The position numbers were made by a program, and so were the translations under genes. From assembly GCA_963796965.1 (NCBI GenBank), contig CAWCNS010000005.1, forward strand, positions 704,001 to 768,000: 64,000 nt of DNA, given 5' to 3'. The stretch comes from Calditrichia bacterium (lineage in GTDB: Bacteria > Calditrichota > Calditrichia > JAJRVZ01). The notes below the pieces were generated by a model, which worked only from the letters and a program-made list of their open reading frames with translations, did not search any database and was not told the origin of the DNA. Below are positions 51,610 through 62,302 of the stretch, in pieces (within the stretch, counting starts at the first letter, position 1; every line of letters starts with the position of its first letter).

Positions 51610-51743
51610 GGTAAGAGGGTAAAGGGTAAAAAGGAAAATGGCAAAAGGCAAAAGGTAACTGCTTTGTACCACCTGATACCTTGGACCTTGTTCCTTGAAC
51701 CTGAATCCTCTTAGCCTTTGGCCTTTTCCCTCTAACCCTTTAT
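51610..51743. repeat. Inverted arms of degenerate 7-bp periodic repeats; similar 7-mer tracts at 21668..21818
   Basis: GGTAAGAGGGTAAAGGGTAAAAAGGAAAATGGCAAAAGGCAAAAGG ... CCTTTGGCCTTTTCCCTCTAACCCTTTA. Confidence 0.7.
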
Positions 51744-51764
51744 CACAGAAAAAAATCAATTACC

Positions 51765-52466
51765 TCAAAGCAATTTTTCCTTTTCCCGGCGTAACTTTTT
51801 CTTACGGCGCATTTCTTTTCGTTGATTGCTTTGCAGCATACTAAAAATTGTCTCTTCAATCTCAGGGGTCAAACCAATGACTTCTTTACCGCTCAACAAA
51901 GCATTATAGTAGACCTGTGCTGTCTTTTCAAGTAGAGTAACATTACGCGAAACTGTTATTATATCTAATCCTAAAACCAGGACACCGTGATTTTGCAGTA
52001 TATAAGCATTACATTGATTTTCTAAAGCCATTGTAATATTGCTTAATAACTCATTGCTGCCACTTAAACCATAAGGGACAACAGCCACTTCGCGTCCCAA
52101 ATTAGCCACCTGCTCATCAAACAAGGCAGGAATAACTTGTTGAATCAATGAAAAGATGCTGGCATAAGGCTGATGGGTGTGAATCACAGCATTTACATCC
52201 GGACGATTTTGATAAACCGAAATATGCATGCCCGTTTCCACCGAAGGCATGAGTTCACCCTCAACCAACTCCCGCTGAAAATCAACCAGACAGATCTGAT
52301 CCAGACGCAACTCATTGTAGTCGATTCCAGAAGGTGTAACAGCCAATAAATCTTCTCCCTCTACTTTTCTGGATACATTCCCCCCGGTTCCAAGAAGAAG
52401 ACCTTTTTCTGCTAATTGGATTGTTGTATCATATACCTCTTTTTTAAATACATCACACTGTGCCAT
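51765..52466 (-). CDS. Class II aldolase (FucA/AraD family)
   Basis: GGNVS, TPSG, PSVE...H, HTH, NHG metal-binding motifs. Confidence 0.93.
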   Translation of the reverse strand: MAQCDVFKKEVYDTTIQLAEKGLLLGTGGNVSRKVEGEDLLAVTPSGIDYNELRLDQICLVDFQRELVEGELMPSVETGMHISVYQNRPDVNAVIHTHQPYASIFSLIQQVIPALFDEQVANLGREVAVVPYGLSGSNELLSNITMALENQCNAYILQNHGVLVLGLDIITVSRNVTLLEKTAQVYYNALLSGKEVIGLTPEIEETIFSMLQSNQRKEMRRKKKLRREKEKLL

Positions 52467-52721
52467 TACTACCTCATAACTTTATATGTTACCTAAAGAA
52501 AGTATATATGCATAAATTATCGGATGTTACTATTTAGAACAGATCAACCAGTTCTAAAGCATGTCAAAGATCCCGCTGCATCGGGATGGGCGTATCTATG
52601 ACTTCTCTTAAAATAAAAGAAAAAGAATACCTTTACATATTCAACAATGTTCTCCCTCCTTTTAGGAGAGGGCCGGGGTGAGGTCCTTCGAGCAAAAAAA
52701 ACATTATGCTTCTATCTTCAT

Positions 52722-54317
52722 TTAATTAAAATCAACTTTAAGCTGTCGCTGCATATTGCTACCACATGGTCCAACCTCTATTACGATATTTGCAGAGTTT
52801 TCCTGTACAGGTTTTATGCTAAATTGACTCTTTTCCGGAGACAGTATTATCTGACTTTCCGAGAGTTGCCTTCCATTGGGTACATATAGGCGACTTGGAC
52901 TTTTAATACTAGCATCCTCCTGCCAGATGCATTCGAATATATTACTCTCATTATCAAAATAATAGGAGAGTAAACTCCCCGAAATATTCTGCGGATAGGG
53001 TCGCTGGAGGGCAGGAAAATAATGACGCTCATCCATATCTTTGTCATGATCCCAGAATGTGTCACTGCATAATAATCGTTCGAATTGTTTAACCACTACC
53101 CGGGCTGCATTCAGGGCTTTTGAATGACCATAGGCGCCCCACTCCCCGACTAACATGGGCATATCCAGCTCATCTCTTTTCTGGCCGTGACGCCCGAAAA
53201 TAAATTCAATACGTTTTTCATTGGCCTGGTCTACCTGGGGCATGTCCGTAACCAAATCATAACCATGTGGGGCATAGGCCTGACGTTCATCACGGGAACC
53301 ATCTGCAGTTACGAGAGGATAAATGCCACTATATACCCCCGTATTCGATCCCATCGAAGCTTCCAGAAACAGAATATGATTTTTATCAACCCGACGAATA
53401 TGATCAGCCACCCGCTGGTACATGGGCATCAATTTCGATTTTTCGAAATCAGCATAGACTGGGCGGGCCGCATCAACAACACGGGAATAATATTTGACGT
53501 CAGATAAAATTTGCAATAATTTGAACCGGCTATTCACATCCATCCATTGACCAATTAATTGCTCTATTGGCATAGGGGGGCTATTTTCAAGTTCTGCTAA
53601 TACCTTAGCCCCCTCAGAAAACAGTAATAACTGGGCCTGTATGGCATCCTTTCCCGGAAACGGCTCATTCATTATATCATAGCCGATTATGTCTGGTTCA
53701 TTTGCATATCGTTCAGCTACATGGGCCCATGCCCGGGCATAATGGTCCTGGATACCCACCCCATCAGGTGCTGGAGAATTATTCCAGAAATTATCCAGGG
53801 CCGCCTGGACTGCGGGACTTGTAAAATAAGCATCGCTCCACAGGGGGCCATCAGCAATATGTGGCTGATCGTCTGTCAGAGTTGCCCATTCTGGCGCGCC
53901 ATCAGAAAATTTTCTGCTGTACAAATCCTGATGCATATCGAGCAGGATATACAGATTGTATTTTTTGGCAGAATGGATAAGGCCATCAATCTTTTTAAGA
54001 TAGGCTTCATCATAGACACCTGGTTGAGGCTCCAATCCATCCCAGATGATGCCAAGACGAATACAATTAAATCCCCAGTCTTGTAACCGGGCGAAATCGA
54101 GATCTTCATAATCACCAATGTAATTGGCCTCAGGATTTTTGTTTACCAGATTTACACCATGGAAGAGGATCTGTTGTCCCTGGCTATCTATGAATTTTGA
54201 ACCATTTGTCGAGACAAATTTGTATGAACTATTATTATCACATGAAAGTAATAAGGAGATTAAAGATAAAATTATCAGGTAGGATGTTATTTTATTTTTT
54301 CTCATAAATCGTATCAC
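52722..54317 (-). CDS. GH5 endoglycoceramidase-like lipoprotein with C-terminal beta-sandwich
   Basis: Lipobox LLSC; HGVNLVNK, WGFNCIRLG, LDMHQDLYS, DIMNEP (acid/base), VGEWG (nucleophile), RPYPQNISG. Confidence 0.88.
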   Translation of the reverse strand: MIRFMRKNKITSYLIILSLISLLLSCDNNSSYKFVSTNGSKFIDSQGQQILFHGVNLVNKNPEANYIGDYEDLDFARLQDWGFNCIRLGIIWDGLEPQPGVYDEAYLKKIDGLIHSAKKYNLYILLDMHQDLYSRKFSDGAPEWATLTDDQPHIADGPLWSDAYFTSPAVQAALDNFWNNSPAPDGVGIQDHYARAWAHVAERYANEPDIIGYDIMNEPFPGKDAIQAQLLLFSEGAKVLAELENSPPMPIEQLIGQWMDVNSRFKLLQILSDVKYYSRVVDAARPVYADFEKSKLMPMYQRVADHIRRVDKNHILFLEASMGSNTGVYSGIYPLVTADGSRDERQAYAPHGYDLVTDMPQVDQANEKRIEFIFGRHGQKRDELDMPMLVGEWGAYGHSKALNAARVVVKQFERLLCSDTFWDHDKDMDERHYFPALQRPYPQNISGSLLSYYFDNESNIFECIWQEDASIKSPSRLYVPNGRQLSESQIILSPEKSQFSIKPVQENSANIVIEVGPCGSNMQRQLKVDFN

Positions 54318-54526
54318 CCTCCAATGACGATAATATAAATATAGGTGTTTTTTGAAGTTCCGGCATCTGATCCAGGGATAGTGCCGTATCTAAAGTTGCA
54401 TCCTTACACCTTGGTTTTTGAGGTTTTCGGAACATGGCAACTAACCCCATGTCAAAAAGCAAGAGGTTTCTGATCCCGCAGATATTTGTATATGTAGATT
54501 AAAGAGCCGGCCTCACATTATAGCAA

Positions 54527-54545
54527 CACATCATGACATGATGTG
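54527..54545. promoter_or_regulatory. Perfect 9-1-9 palindrome, candidate operator upstream of the GH5 gene
   Basis: CACATCATG-A-CATGATGTG. Confidence 0.35.
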
Positions 54546-54563
54546 CAAGGCATGTACAAGAAC

Positions 54564-55643
54564 TCACATTATTTGCTGGACTTTTATTTTTGGGATTAAA
54601 AGCTGAAAATAAACTGAAAAACGATTTATATCCTCAAAATAATTTGCCTTTGTATAGGCATAATCGACAGACAATCTTATATCGGAGATCGCATAGGAAA
54701 CGCCAATCCCCAGGCTAAGTGTTTCCACATCATGGTTAAACTTATATCCGCCGCGCAGGGCAACATAATCCTGAAATACAAGTTCCGTTCCCAGATGCAC
54801 TTGCTCCGTATAGTCCACAGGATGGACAGCATCCACGGCAATATTCCACTTGAGATATGGATGATCCGGGTTAATCAGTTCAAGCAGATCCATATACATA
54901 CCGATCTTTAATTCAGTTGGCATTTGAAATTCATCGTAATAATATTTCATATCACTTGATAAATTCTGAAGTGTCATACCCACAGCCAGGCTTTTCCAGC
55001 CGACCTCATAGATTGTGCCAAAATCGAATCCCCAATCAGACATTTTCCATTCTTTGTTTTCCATTTCATGGATAATATCTCCGGTAGATTCATCCGTATA
55101 TTCATTTACGGCATAAGCTGCATTTCCAAGATTTTCATGGGCATATTTAATTTTCATCCCAAGGGTAAACTTATCACTCACTCGCCGGGCATAGGCAAAA
55201 CCAATGGCATAATCTTTTACACCGATATCACCAGTTAAAACAAAACCACGTGGATCCACAGAGCGATCCACAACAGCCGTACCCTGAATCTTCCCCCAGT
55301 CCATATAAGTCAAATCAAGCCCCACCACACCCCAGCTCCCCAATGAGAGGGCCATCCCTATCCCGGAGAGGCGCGTGTCAACCAGCCAGTTAACCTGGTT
55401 CATGGTCACCTGTAAGAAGCTGATGTCAGATAAGGCGGCCGGATTGTGCCATAAACCGTTAATACCATTAGAAATGGCTGTTCCAGCATCACCCATGGCA
55501 TTTTCCCGCGCACACATACCAATGGCAAGATAGGTCATACCACTCTGACCAGTTTTTTTCTTGACCGCCCATGAATTCTGATAACCGATCATTAGCAGTA
55601 TAACAATCAACAAAGATTTGAAAGAGGTATTATTTTTATTCAT
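54564..55643 (-). CDS. PorV/PorQ-family outer-membrane beta-barrel (true stop probably 54596)
   Basis: KKTGQSGMTYLAIG...ARENAMG, HNPAAL, LRGGY, VDYAY; removing one T gives the C-terminus RFSVYFSF* ending in Phe. Confidence 0.88.
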   Translation of the reverse strand: MNKNNTSFKSLLIVILLMIGYQNSWAVKKKTGQSGMTYLAIGMCARENAMGDAGTAISNGINGLWHNPAALSDISFLQVTMNQVNWLVDTRLSGIGMALSLGSWGVVGLDLTYMDWGKIQGTAVVDRSVDPRGFVLTGDIGVKDYAIGFAYARRVSDKFTLGMKIKYAHENLGNAAYAVNEYTDESTGDIIHEMENKEWKMSDWGFDFGTIYEVGWKSLAVGMTLQNLSSDMKYYYDEFQMPTELKIGMYMDLLELINPDHPYLKWNIAVDAVHPVDYTEQVHLGTELVFQDYVALRGGYKFNHDVETLSLGIGVSYAISDIRLSVDYAYTKANYFEDINRFSVYFQLLIPKIKVQQIM

Positions 55644-55867
55644 ACGGATTTTCCGTTATCATAAGTTTGTATCATTTGACTAAATATCTCTTTATTTGGA
55701 CAGGATTAGCAGGATATAATTTCCCATTAAATATTATAAGATACTGAAACAAGTTCAGCATGACACAGAGAGTCATTCTGAACTTGTTTCGGAATCTAAA
55801 AAACAATTAGATATCATTAATCCTATTATCCTTTCAATTAAAACGGCTCACCTAATGGCATGAAAAA

Positions 55868-57967
55868 CTATCGAATTATGATAAATTTCCCTTTAGTTGT
55901 ACCCACATGATTACCATTTCTATCCCAGCCCTCAACATGATAAAAATAAACCCCACTTTTAATTGTCTGGAAACTATCTGAAATTTGGAACCAGGCCTCA
56001 TCTGCTGATTCAGGAACCGAAGAGCGACTTTCCGGATTGGGGTGATAAAGTGTCTTAACCAGGTTGCCATGGCCAGAAAATATCCGGATTATCGCTTTGG
56101 CAGGTAATCCAACAAACGTAATTTGATCCTCGTTACGGGCACCTATATTCGGATTGAAATTATAGCCGCTACTCATTGAGCCGCCATAGGCAAGACCCTG
56201 ATAATGAAAGGGATTTGGCACCACATAAACCGAATCAAGTGTGGGTTGTGCCCCCTGATAAGGCACGGCAGCAAATTGTGAATTTCGGTTACTATAATGG
56301 CTGGATTCCACCTCCAGTCCCGGATATAATTCGCTTGTATTTTGGCTGCCATCGTCGAAGGCTGTTACATAATAGAAATAGTTTTTTCCCCGGTTCACAT
56401 TTCGATCGACATATTTGTTTGTAACCGGAATCCCTGAATTACCACCACATTCAAATATGACCCGATATGGATTTATATATGCATCTTCAGTTCTATAGAG
56501 TCGGTATCCTGAGAAATCATACACATCGGTATCAACATCCGGTTTGGGAGGAATAGTGTCATGTGCACCATAAGTGCCGTAATACCATTCAAGTTCAACT
56601 TTTGCGGGGCCGGCATTTATCCTTAAATTCGGGGATTCAGGGCCATCGGGTACGGATTGCAAACCATTTTCCCATGCCCATTCAGCTGCCTTCACAACTT
56701 TATACAGGGAGTCTTGCCCGGTAGCTATTAAAGCATTTTTAGCCTCATCCCCACTTAATCCGTTCCATTCTAAATTACCCCGGTACCATTTTAAGCCATA
56801 ATCGATCGCTAATTCACGGTCAATCGATCCCACGGCTTCATAAATAACAATACGAATTTCCTCACCAAATGGAATATCATAGGGTCCAAAAGAAATCAAA
56901 AGTTGTGGGTTTTGAATTTGAGGATCCCAGGCATTGGTATATTGTCCATCATCAGATCCAGTACTTTGGATACCACTGCTTAGATCGGCATACAGAATAT
57001 TATCGGGATCACCTTTTACATGAGAATGAACCTGTGAAGCTGGCCAAAAATTGACCGTAGCCGGTTGGTTTAAATCATCACTTTCATCATCATAACTATT
57101 GTCAGCATGCAAAACACCGAACCCGGCGTACTGTGTGGCCAAAAATTCACCATTGGTTTCCGAAGGATCACCAATATCATCAAAGGGCTTACGCTGGTTA
57201 TCACCATCATAGGCATACCAAAAACCACGTAAACTATCACCGGGCTGATTACCATAATAATGACACCAGGTGTCGTGCTCGCCCCCCATTGCCTCATGTC
57301 CTGTATCCATCGACGGATTGATTACCCGCCAAAACCCAAAGTAGACACCCGTTAAATTTTGCCCATCAAGTTCAATATCACTGTCAGCATTTGTATTACC
57401 TGTATTTTTGAAAATGAATTCCTGAACGATATAACCATCGTGTCTTCGGTTGGCAAAGGCATAGGAGTTCCTCGTAACTTCAATTCCTGCATCCGTGGCC
57501 CAGATATGTCTGATATGCTCATCCGCATCCAGACTCGTCCTACGTATGCTACTCCCACGGTTATCCAGAATACGTTCTTCCTGGGCATTACTTACCGCGA
57601 CCAGAGGCAAACGCTGACGCACGTATTTTCCACCAGAGATAGGTTCTAATATATCGGGAGCCTCAAAATTCAAATAACCACCTTCTGAAACATAATTGGG
57701 CTTGGGTGTCCCAAATTTATCAATCCAATCTTTAAGACCGATCCATAGCCCAACGGATTGCAGATTTTTTTGCTTGCCGACAAAAAAGTCGCCTCCGGGA
57801 TATGACATGGACGTATACAGGGGTGAGTAGGCGGGTAAACTTCCGACCGGAAACATCGTTTGCCACAAACGCCCTATTTGATGTGTTTTCAGCTGGCTAT
57901 AGCTCGTTGCTGAAAGAGTAAATATCATGACCATGGTTAGCAAGTGCTTATTATTTTTGAACGACAT
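55868..57967 (-). CDS. Secreted protein with Fn3-like domain and T9SS/FlgD-type C-terminal domain
   Basis: Signal peptide; FSGYRLYR...YFYYVTAFD; VYVVPNPF...IRIFSGHGNLVKTL...SGVYFYHV...KFIIIR. Confidence 0.85.
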   Translation of the reverse strand: MSFKNNKHLLTMVMIFTLSATSYSQLKTHQIGRLWQTMFPVGSLPAYSPLYTSMSYPGGDFFVGKQKNLQSVGLWIGLKDWIDKFGTPKPNYVSEGGYLNFEAPDILEPISGGKYVRQRLPLVAVSNAQEERILDNRGSSIRRTSLDADEHIRHIWATDAGIEVTRNSYAFANRRHDGYIVQEFIFKNTGNTNADSDIELDGQNLTGVYFGFWRVINPSMDTGHEAMGGEHDTWCHYYGNQPGDSLRGFWYAYDGDNQRKPFDDIGDPSETNGEFLATQYAGFGVLHADNSYDDESDDLNQPATVNFWPASQVHSHVKGDPDNILYADLSSGIQSTGSDDGQYTNAWDPQIQNPQLLISFGPYDIPFGEEIRIVIYEAVGSIDRELAIDYGLKWYRGNLEWNGLSGDEAKNALIATGQDSLYKVVKAAEWAWENGLQSVPDGPESPNLRINAGPAKVELEWYYGTYGAHDTIPPKPDVDTDVYDFSGYRLYRTEDAYINPYRVIFECGGNSGIPVTNKYVDRNVNRGKNYFYYVTAFDDGSQNTSELYPGLEVESSHYSNRNSQFAAVPYQGAQPTLDSVYVVPNPFHYQGLAYGGSMSSGYNFNPNIGARNEDQITFVGLPAKAIIRIFSGHGNLVKTLYHPNPESRSSVPESADEAWFQISDSFQTIKSGVYFYHVEGWDRNGNHVGTTKGKFIIIR

Positions 57968-57990
57968 ATTCTTGTTTCTCCAAGAATTTC

Positions 57991-60900
57991 TTAGATATTT
58001 ATACGTACACCGAAGATAAATCGCTGTACCTTACCCCAGTAAACATCATCATTTTCTGTACGAAGAATCTTAGGATCAGTCAGTTCATCTGTACCGACCT
58101 CATTTATTCGACCTGATTTCCAAAGATCATCGTAATAGTCTTCTCCACTGGCCCCGCCCGGGGGATAACGATAGGAAGAGTGAAAAAGGTTACTCACATC
58201 CAGGTAGACTTCAAAATTAACCATGTCAAGATCAAACCGATGAGCCAAACGAATATTAGCCCAGTAACGGTCAATCTGCCTAAACCACACGTCGGGATGA
58301 GCATCGTTAAAACTGGCCCGGGGATGTTTGACCCGGTCACCGCCCTGATAAAAAGAGCTGAAAATTAAGGTTTGTATTGGCTAGAAAGGGATAACCAAAA
58401 AATTCTGGTCCCCAACCAGGGGGCGCGCCAAGGGTAATAACACCACGTGCATTGGGTACGACATTTATAATATCCGATTGTGGTACTCCCCATATTACGC
58501 CATTAATACCAATACTAGGATTATCCGTAATGATCGGATTCTCACTCAGACCTGGGATCTTTAAATTTGATTTACTTTTCTTGATATAATTATAATTCAG
58601 GTAGCCCGTGACAAAACGACCTACAGATTTACGTAATTCAACCTCAATGCCTCGTACTTCCGAATATGCTTCATTATCATAGTAATCTACAACCAGGCTC
58701 TGATCGGTATGAGCAAAGGTCATCACATAGGCAACATCCGAATAATTTTTATAAAAGGCACCGATATGTAGCTGAAACATATTGGCAATACCGATATCGG
58801 TACCAAGTTCATAAGCAATTGTTTTTTCCAACAATAAGGAAGGATTTCCGATTCTCTGCATGCTAGGAGCTGCACCATTGACAATATTTGAATACATTTG
58901 ATAACTGGGTGGGGTTTGTACAAAATGACCATAATTGAAATATATTTTGCTGTATTCGGATAGTGGATGAGAGATTCCTAACCGCGGACTGACATAATAT
59001 TGGGGTTCTGCCTGAATCATCGGGAAATCTCCGGCGATAAAGGTTTCATAAATCTCACGATTGCTAGCAAAATCTAACGTATGACTAATATCCGGCAAGT
59101 TCGTATTATTATTAAAATAATCAAGACGCACACCCAGGTTTGCTACCATCCCCTCAAACTCAACTTTGTCCTGGAGATACATGCCCACCTCGATGGGTTC
59201 TGCCTTATATTGACGGATATACTCCTGTGAGGGATCTTCATCTATCCACATCGTGCGGTCTTCAAATAAAATATCATAATTAAGATTAATACCAGCCTTT
59301 AACTCATGGGCCCTGTGGAATTGACTGGTTAAGGCAGCATTTAATACCATTCTTTCGTTGTATGAATTTTCCCATGTAATCGCTCCGCCATACATGCGGA
59401 AACCAGAAGCCAGATCATCTGCTCCGTATACCTTAGGAATAAAGCCAGATTGAGGATCATAGTAGAATTGTCCATTATAACTCCGCCCCTCGGCGACGCC
59501 CGAATCTTCCGGTGGATCTACATGCCATTTGACATTGAAATAGTTAAAATTCAGTTCGTAAAAGAGTCTGGGGGACAAGGTATGAACAAGACTCATACCA
59601 AGAAGACTGGTATTCCGGCTGATCAATGGCCTGTAAAATGCATAATAATCATTAAAACTGTCGCCATTGTAAGCGACGGATTCTGATTTGGACCAGGTTG
59701 AGGTTGATGTACCCAGCGTTACAGAGTTCACTTCAGAATGCATGCCCTGAAGCGTTAATCGAATTGACGGGCTTACCTGATTAATTAATTTTAAGGAAAC
59801 AATTTTTTCTTGATACTCGGAAACGGATTGGGGATAGGCGAAGGGATTGTTTTCATATTTACCGCCAACTAAAAAATTAGTTTTTCCGGGCAGAAGAGGC
59901 AGCGGGCCCGAAATAGAAAGGTCTATATTATGGCCTATCAGGTTCCCATATTCCACCGGACGATGTCGCCATTTCCATAAATCATGTGCCTGTTGCGGAC
60001 TTAGATCATTATTCGGATCGCCATCGGATACCAGTTCTTCAGAATGTTTAATCCATCCTTTCCAAGTATACATGCGATCGTACCGGCCATCCGGGACATA
60101 GAGAGTATCACCTTCATAAACTGCAGGGCCATCGAGTAACCGCCATTCCCATCTATAATTGGGATCATATTTATCTCGGCCATAATGACTTTTCTGGGCA
60201 GGCGTATACTGATAATCAAGGTTTACACGGATGCGATCATCTGGATTTTTAGTAATAACATTTATAATTCCAGAGCGTGACTGCCCATATTCCGCATTAA
60301 ATCCATTGCGCATGATTTTAATTTCTTCAACCATCCCCGGTTGAACTGAAAATACCGGCCGGTTATTCTTTTTATCAACCATGGACATACCATCAAGGAG
60401 CATGCCTACTTCACGTGTTTCACCGGCCCGGATAGAGATCTGATCCTCCTGTATATTACCACCTATCCCAGCCTGCATACCGATCACATCTTCAATTCGA
60501 TTGGCAAAGGGTGTCTGCTGATATTCTTCAGAGGAGATATAAGATTCAGTGGCTGAAACATCTAGTTGAATTTGATCACGACTCGCTACCACCACAACCG
60601 CTTCCGTTTCTAGCATTGCTTCATTCAGGACAAAGTCTATAATCGTTGTACGGTCAGCGCTAACATGAACTTTTTGTCGGGCGGAGGTCGTGTAACCAAT
60701 CATAGATGCTTCGACAGTATACATCCCCGGAGCAACTTGTAAAATAATAAATCCACCTTCCGGATCACAAGCAGCGCCCAGATTTTCATCGAATGATTGT
60801 TCTTCGCCATTTATCCACACTTTTGTGATAATGACATTTGCCCCGGCAAGCATCTCCTTTGTCTGAGCGTCTGATACTTTACCGCGTATTTTCCCTGTAA

Positions 60901-61003
60901 TGCCTGCATATAAAATTCCCTGTATGCCAAGCAATAAAATTATAATACAGAATACACCGGATATACATTTTTTCATGTACGCCTCTAAGTGCTTGAATAA
61001 CAT
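57991..61003 (-). CDS. TonB-dependent receptor, frameshifted near 58350
   Basis: GKIRGKVSD N-domain, plug IRAG...GFNAEYG...GIINVITK, NLGVRLDY, SPRLG; removing one T in CTCTTTTTATC joins the last 99-aa ORF (ends FGVRINI). Confidence 0.92.
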
Positions 61004-61279
61004 ATTTTAATTAAGCGTTTGGTCCCACCAGATGGATTTTTTAACTAAAACAGGATAATTTGATCCCGTTGGGAGTACATCTACAAAAAGACTAAATCGC
61101 CAATCCAACAACCTCAAACTAACTCTATCATAAATAGTTTCAATGCATTTGCTTATAGATACCGGTCCTTATCATAGTAACAAATAAATCACATTATTTC
61201 TATTTAAAACTAAATTTTAACAAATAATTTTCAACACCTTGACATTTATCATCATATCGAGGACAGTTTCTATGAAACA

Positions 61280-61337
61280 AAAAAAAGTGGCCGTTTGGTT
61301 CACTAAAATTTCATATTGTGCACTCAAAACGGCCATT
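61280..61337 (-). terminator. Long-stem hairpin followed by a T8 run
   Basis: Minus strand TGGCCGTTTTGAGTGCAC...GTGAACCAAACGGCCA-C-TTTTTTTT, downstream of the 61371 gene. Confidence 0.6.
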
Positions 61338-61370
61338 AAGTCTATTGTCAGATTATTACTGATCCGAAAA

Positions 61371-61793
61371 TTATTCGGATTTGGTTTCTTTTTTCAACTC
61401 AAACACAAACACACCCCATGTTGCATCGAATGATGAAGGAACACCACCATAACCAGGCTCATTGGCAGCTAAAATCAATTTTCCATCTTCGAACTTATAA
61501 ATGGCAGTCGTTTCCATATTGATCACCGTAGGATCTGACCCATCTTTAAAAATGGCTTTCATTTGCAGATGTTCTTTCTTTTCCAGCATTTTTGTTTGAA
61601 GTTTAAAATACTCACCAGGATTTGGTCCGTAAACAACCAAGCTACTATCTGAAAAGATAAAGGTCCAGTTCCCGGGCTCTCCCTGAACCTGATGGCCTTT
61701 CCAGGTGCCATCGAGATCACCCGCAAAACTCAGTGAAGTTAATAAAAATACACTTAAAATTAAGGAAATAAAAAAATGCTTAGACATTCTCAT
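61371..61793 (-). CDS. Small secreted protein (TIGR03067-like)
   Basis: Signal peptide; DLDGTWK, AIYKFEDGKL...P..F; GGAGG RBS. Confidence 0.75.
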   Translation of the reverse strand: MRMSKHFFISLILSVFLLTSLSFAGDLDGTWKGHQVQGEPGNWTFIFSDSSLVVYGPNPGEYFKLQTKMLEKKEHLQMKAIFKDGSDPTVINMETTAIYKFEDGKLILAANEPGYGGVPSSFDATWGVFVFELKKETKSE

Positions 61794-62094
61794 TTGAAAA
61801 CCTCCGGATTGTACATAATTAAATTTTTTAATTTGTTAGAACTCTCCTATGTTTTGAAAGTTCCAATACTAACAAAATGGCAATATCATTCAACACACTG
61901 ACAGATATTTAAACTGATAGTGTAATTGGTTTTACTAAACATATGATAAATAAATATAACAGCGGTGCAAGTAAAAAACAATTCCAACTCCCGACGGGAT
62001 GACATTTTCCTTTCCAGATATCACTTGAATCTACTTCACGTATAATAACTTTCCTCTAAATACATTAGACGAAGTTGTAAGAACATAAAAACAA

Positions 62095-62235
62095 CTACCT
62101 GTTGAATGTTTGGAGGCACCCCGCTAAATAACCGACAATTTTAAATTCCCTCTCCTCTACAAAAAGTAGCAAAGGGAGAAGTAAAAAGATGCCAAACCAA
62201 AGTATGTATATAGGATGATTTATATTTCTTTTCAT
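62095..62235 (-). pseudogene. Possible N-terminal remnant of a secreted GH18-like protein
   Basis: Signal-like segment followed by FKIVGY, then an early stop. Confidence 0.3.
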
Positions 62236-62302
62236 ATGTTTAAAATTTTCTTTGCTCCTTAGCGTCTTTGCGAGAGAAATATTTATGATTGTCGAACAAA
62301 GG

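Noticed and set aside
47642..52466. Ordinary fucose or xylose operon, or methylthioribose/5-deoxyribose salvage
   Set aside because: No sugar isomerase, MtnA or MtnK is present; the aminotransferase and SCP2 would be unexplained.
54340..54480. Possible IS end or structured RNA upstream of the GH5 gene
   Set aside because: Only weak hairpins; no riboswitch consensus or transposase that I can support.
3133..58350. Programmed frameshifting or phase variation at split genes (about 3135, 4042, 19110, 23719, 54607, 58350)
   Set aside because: Single-base indels mostly in short homopolymers across unrelated genes are better explained by long-read consensus error; needs reads to settle.
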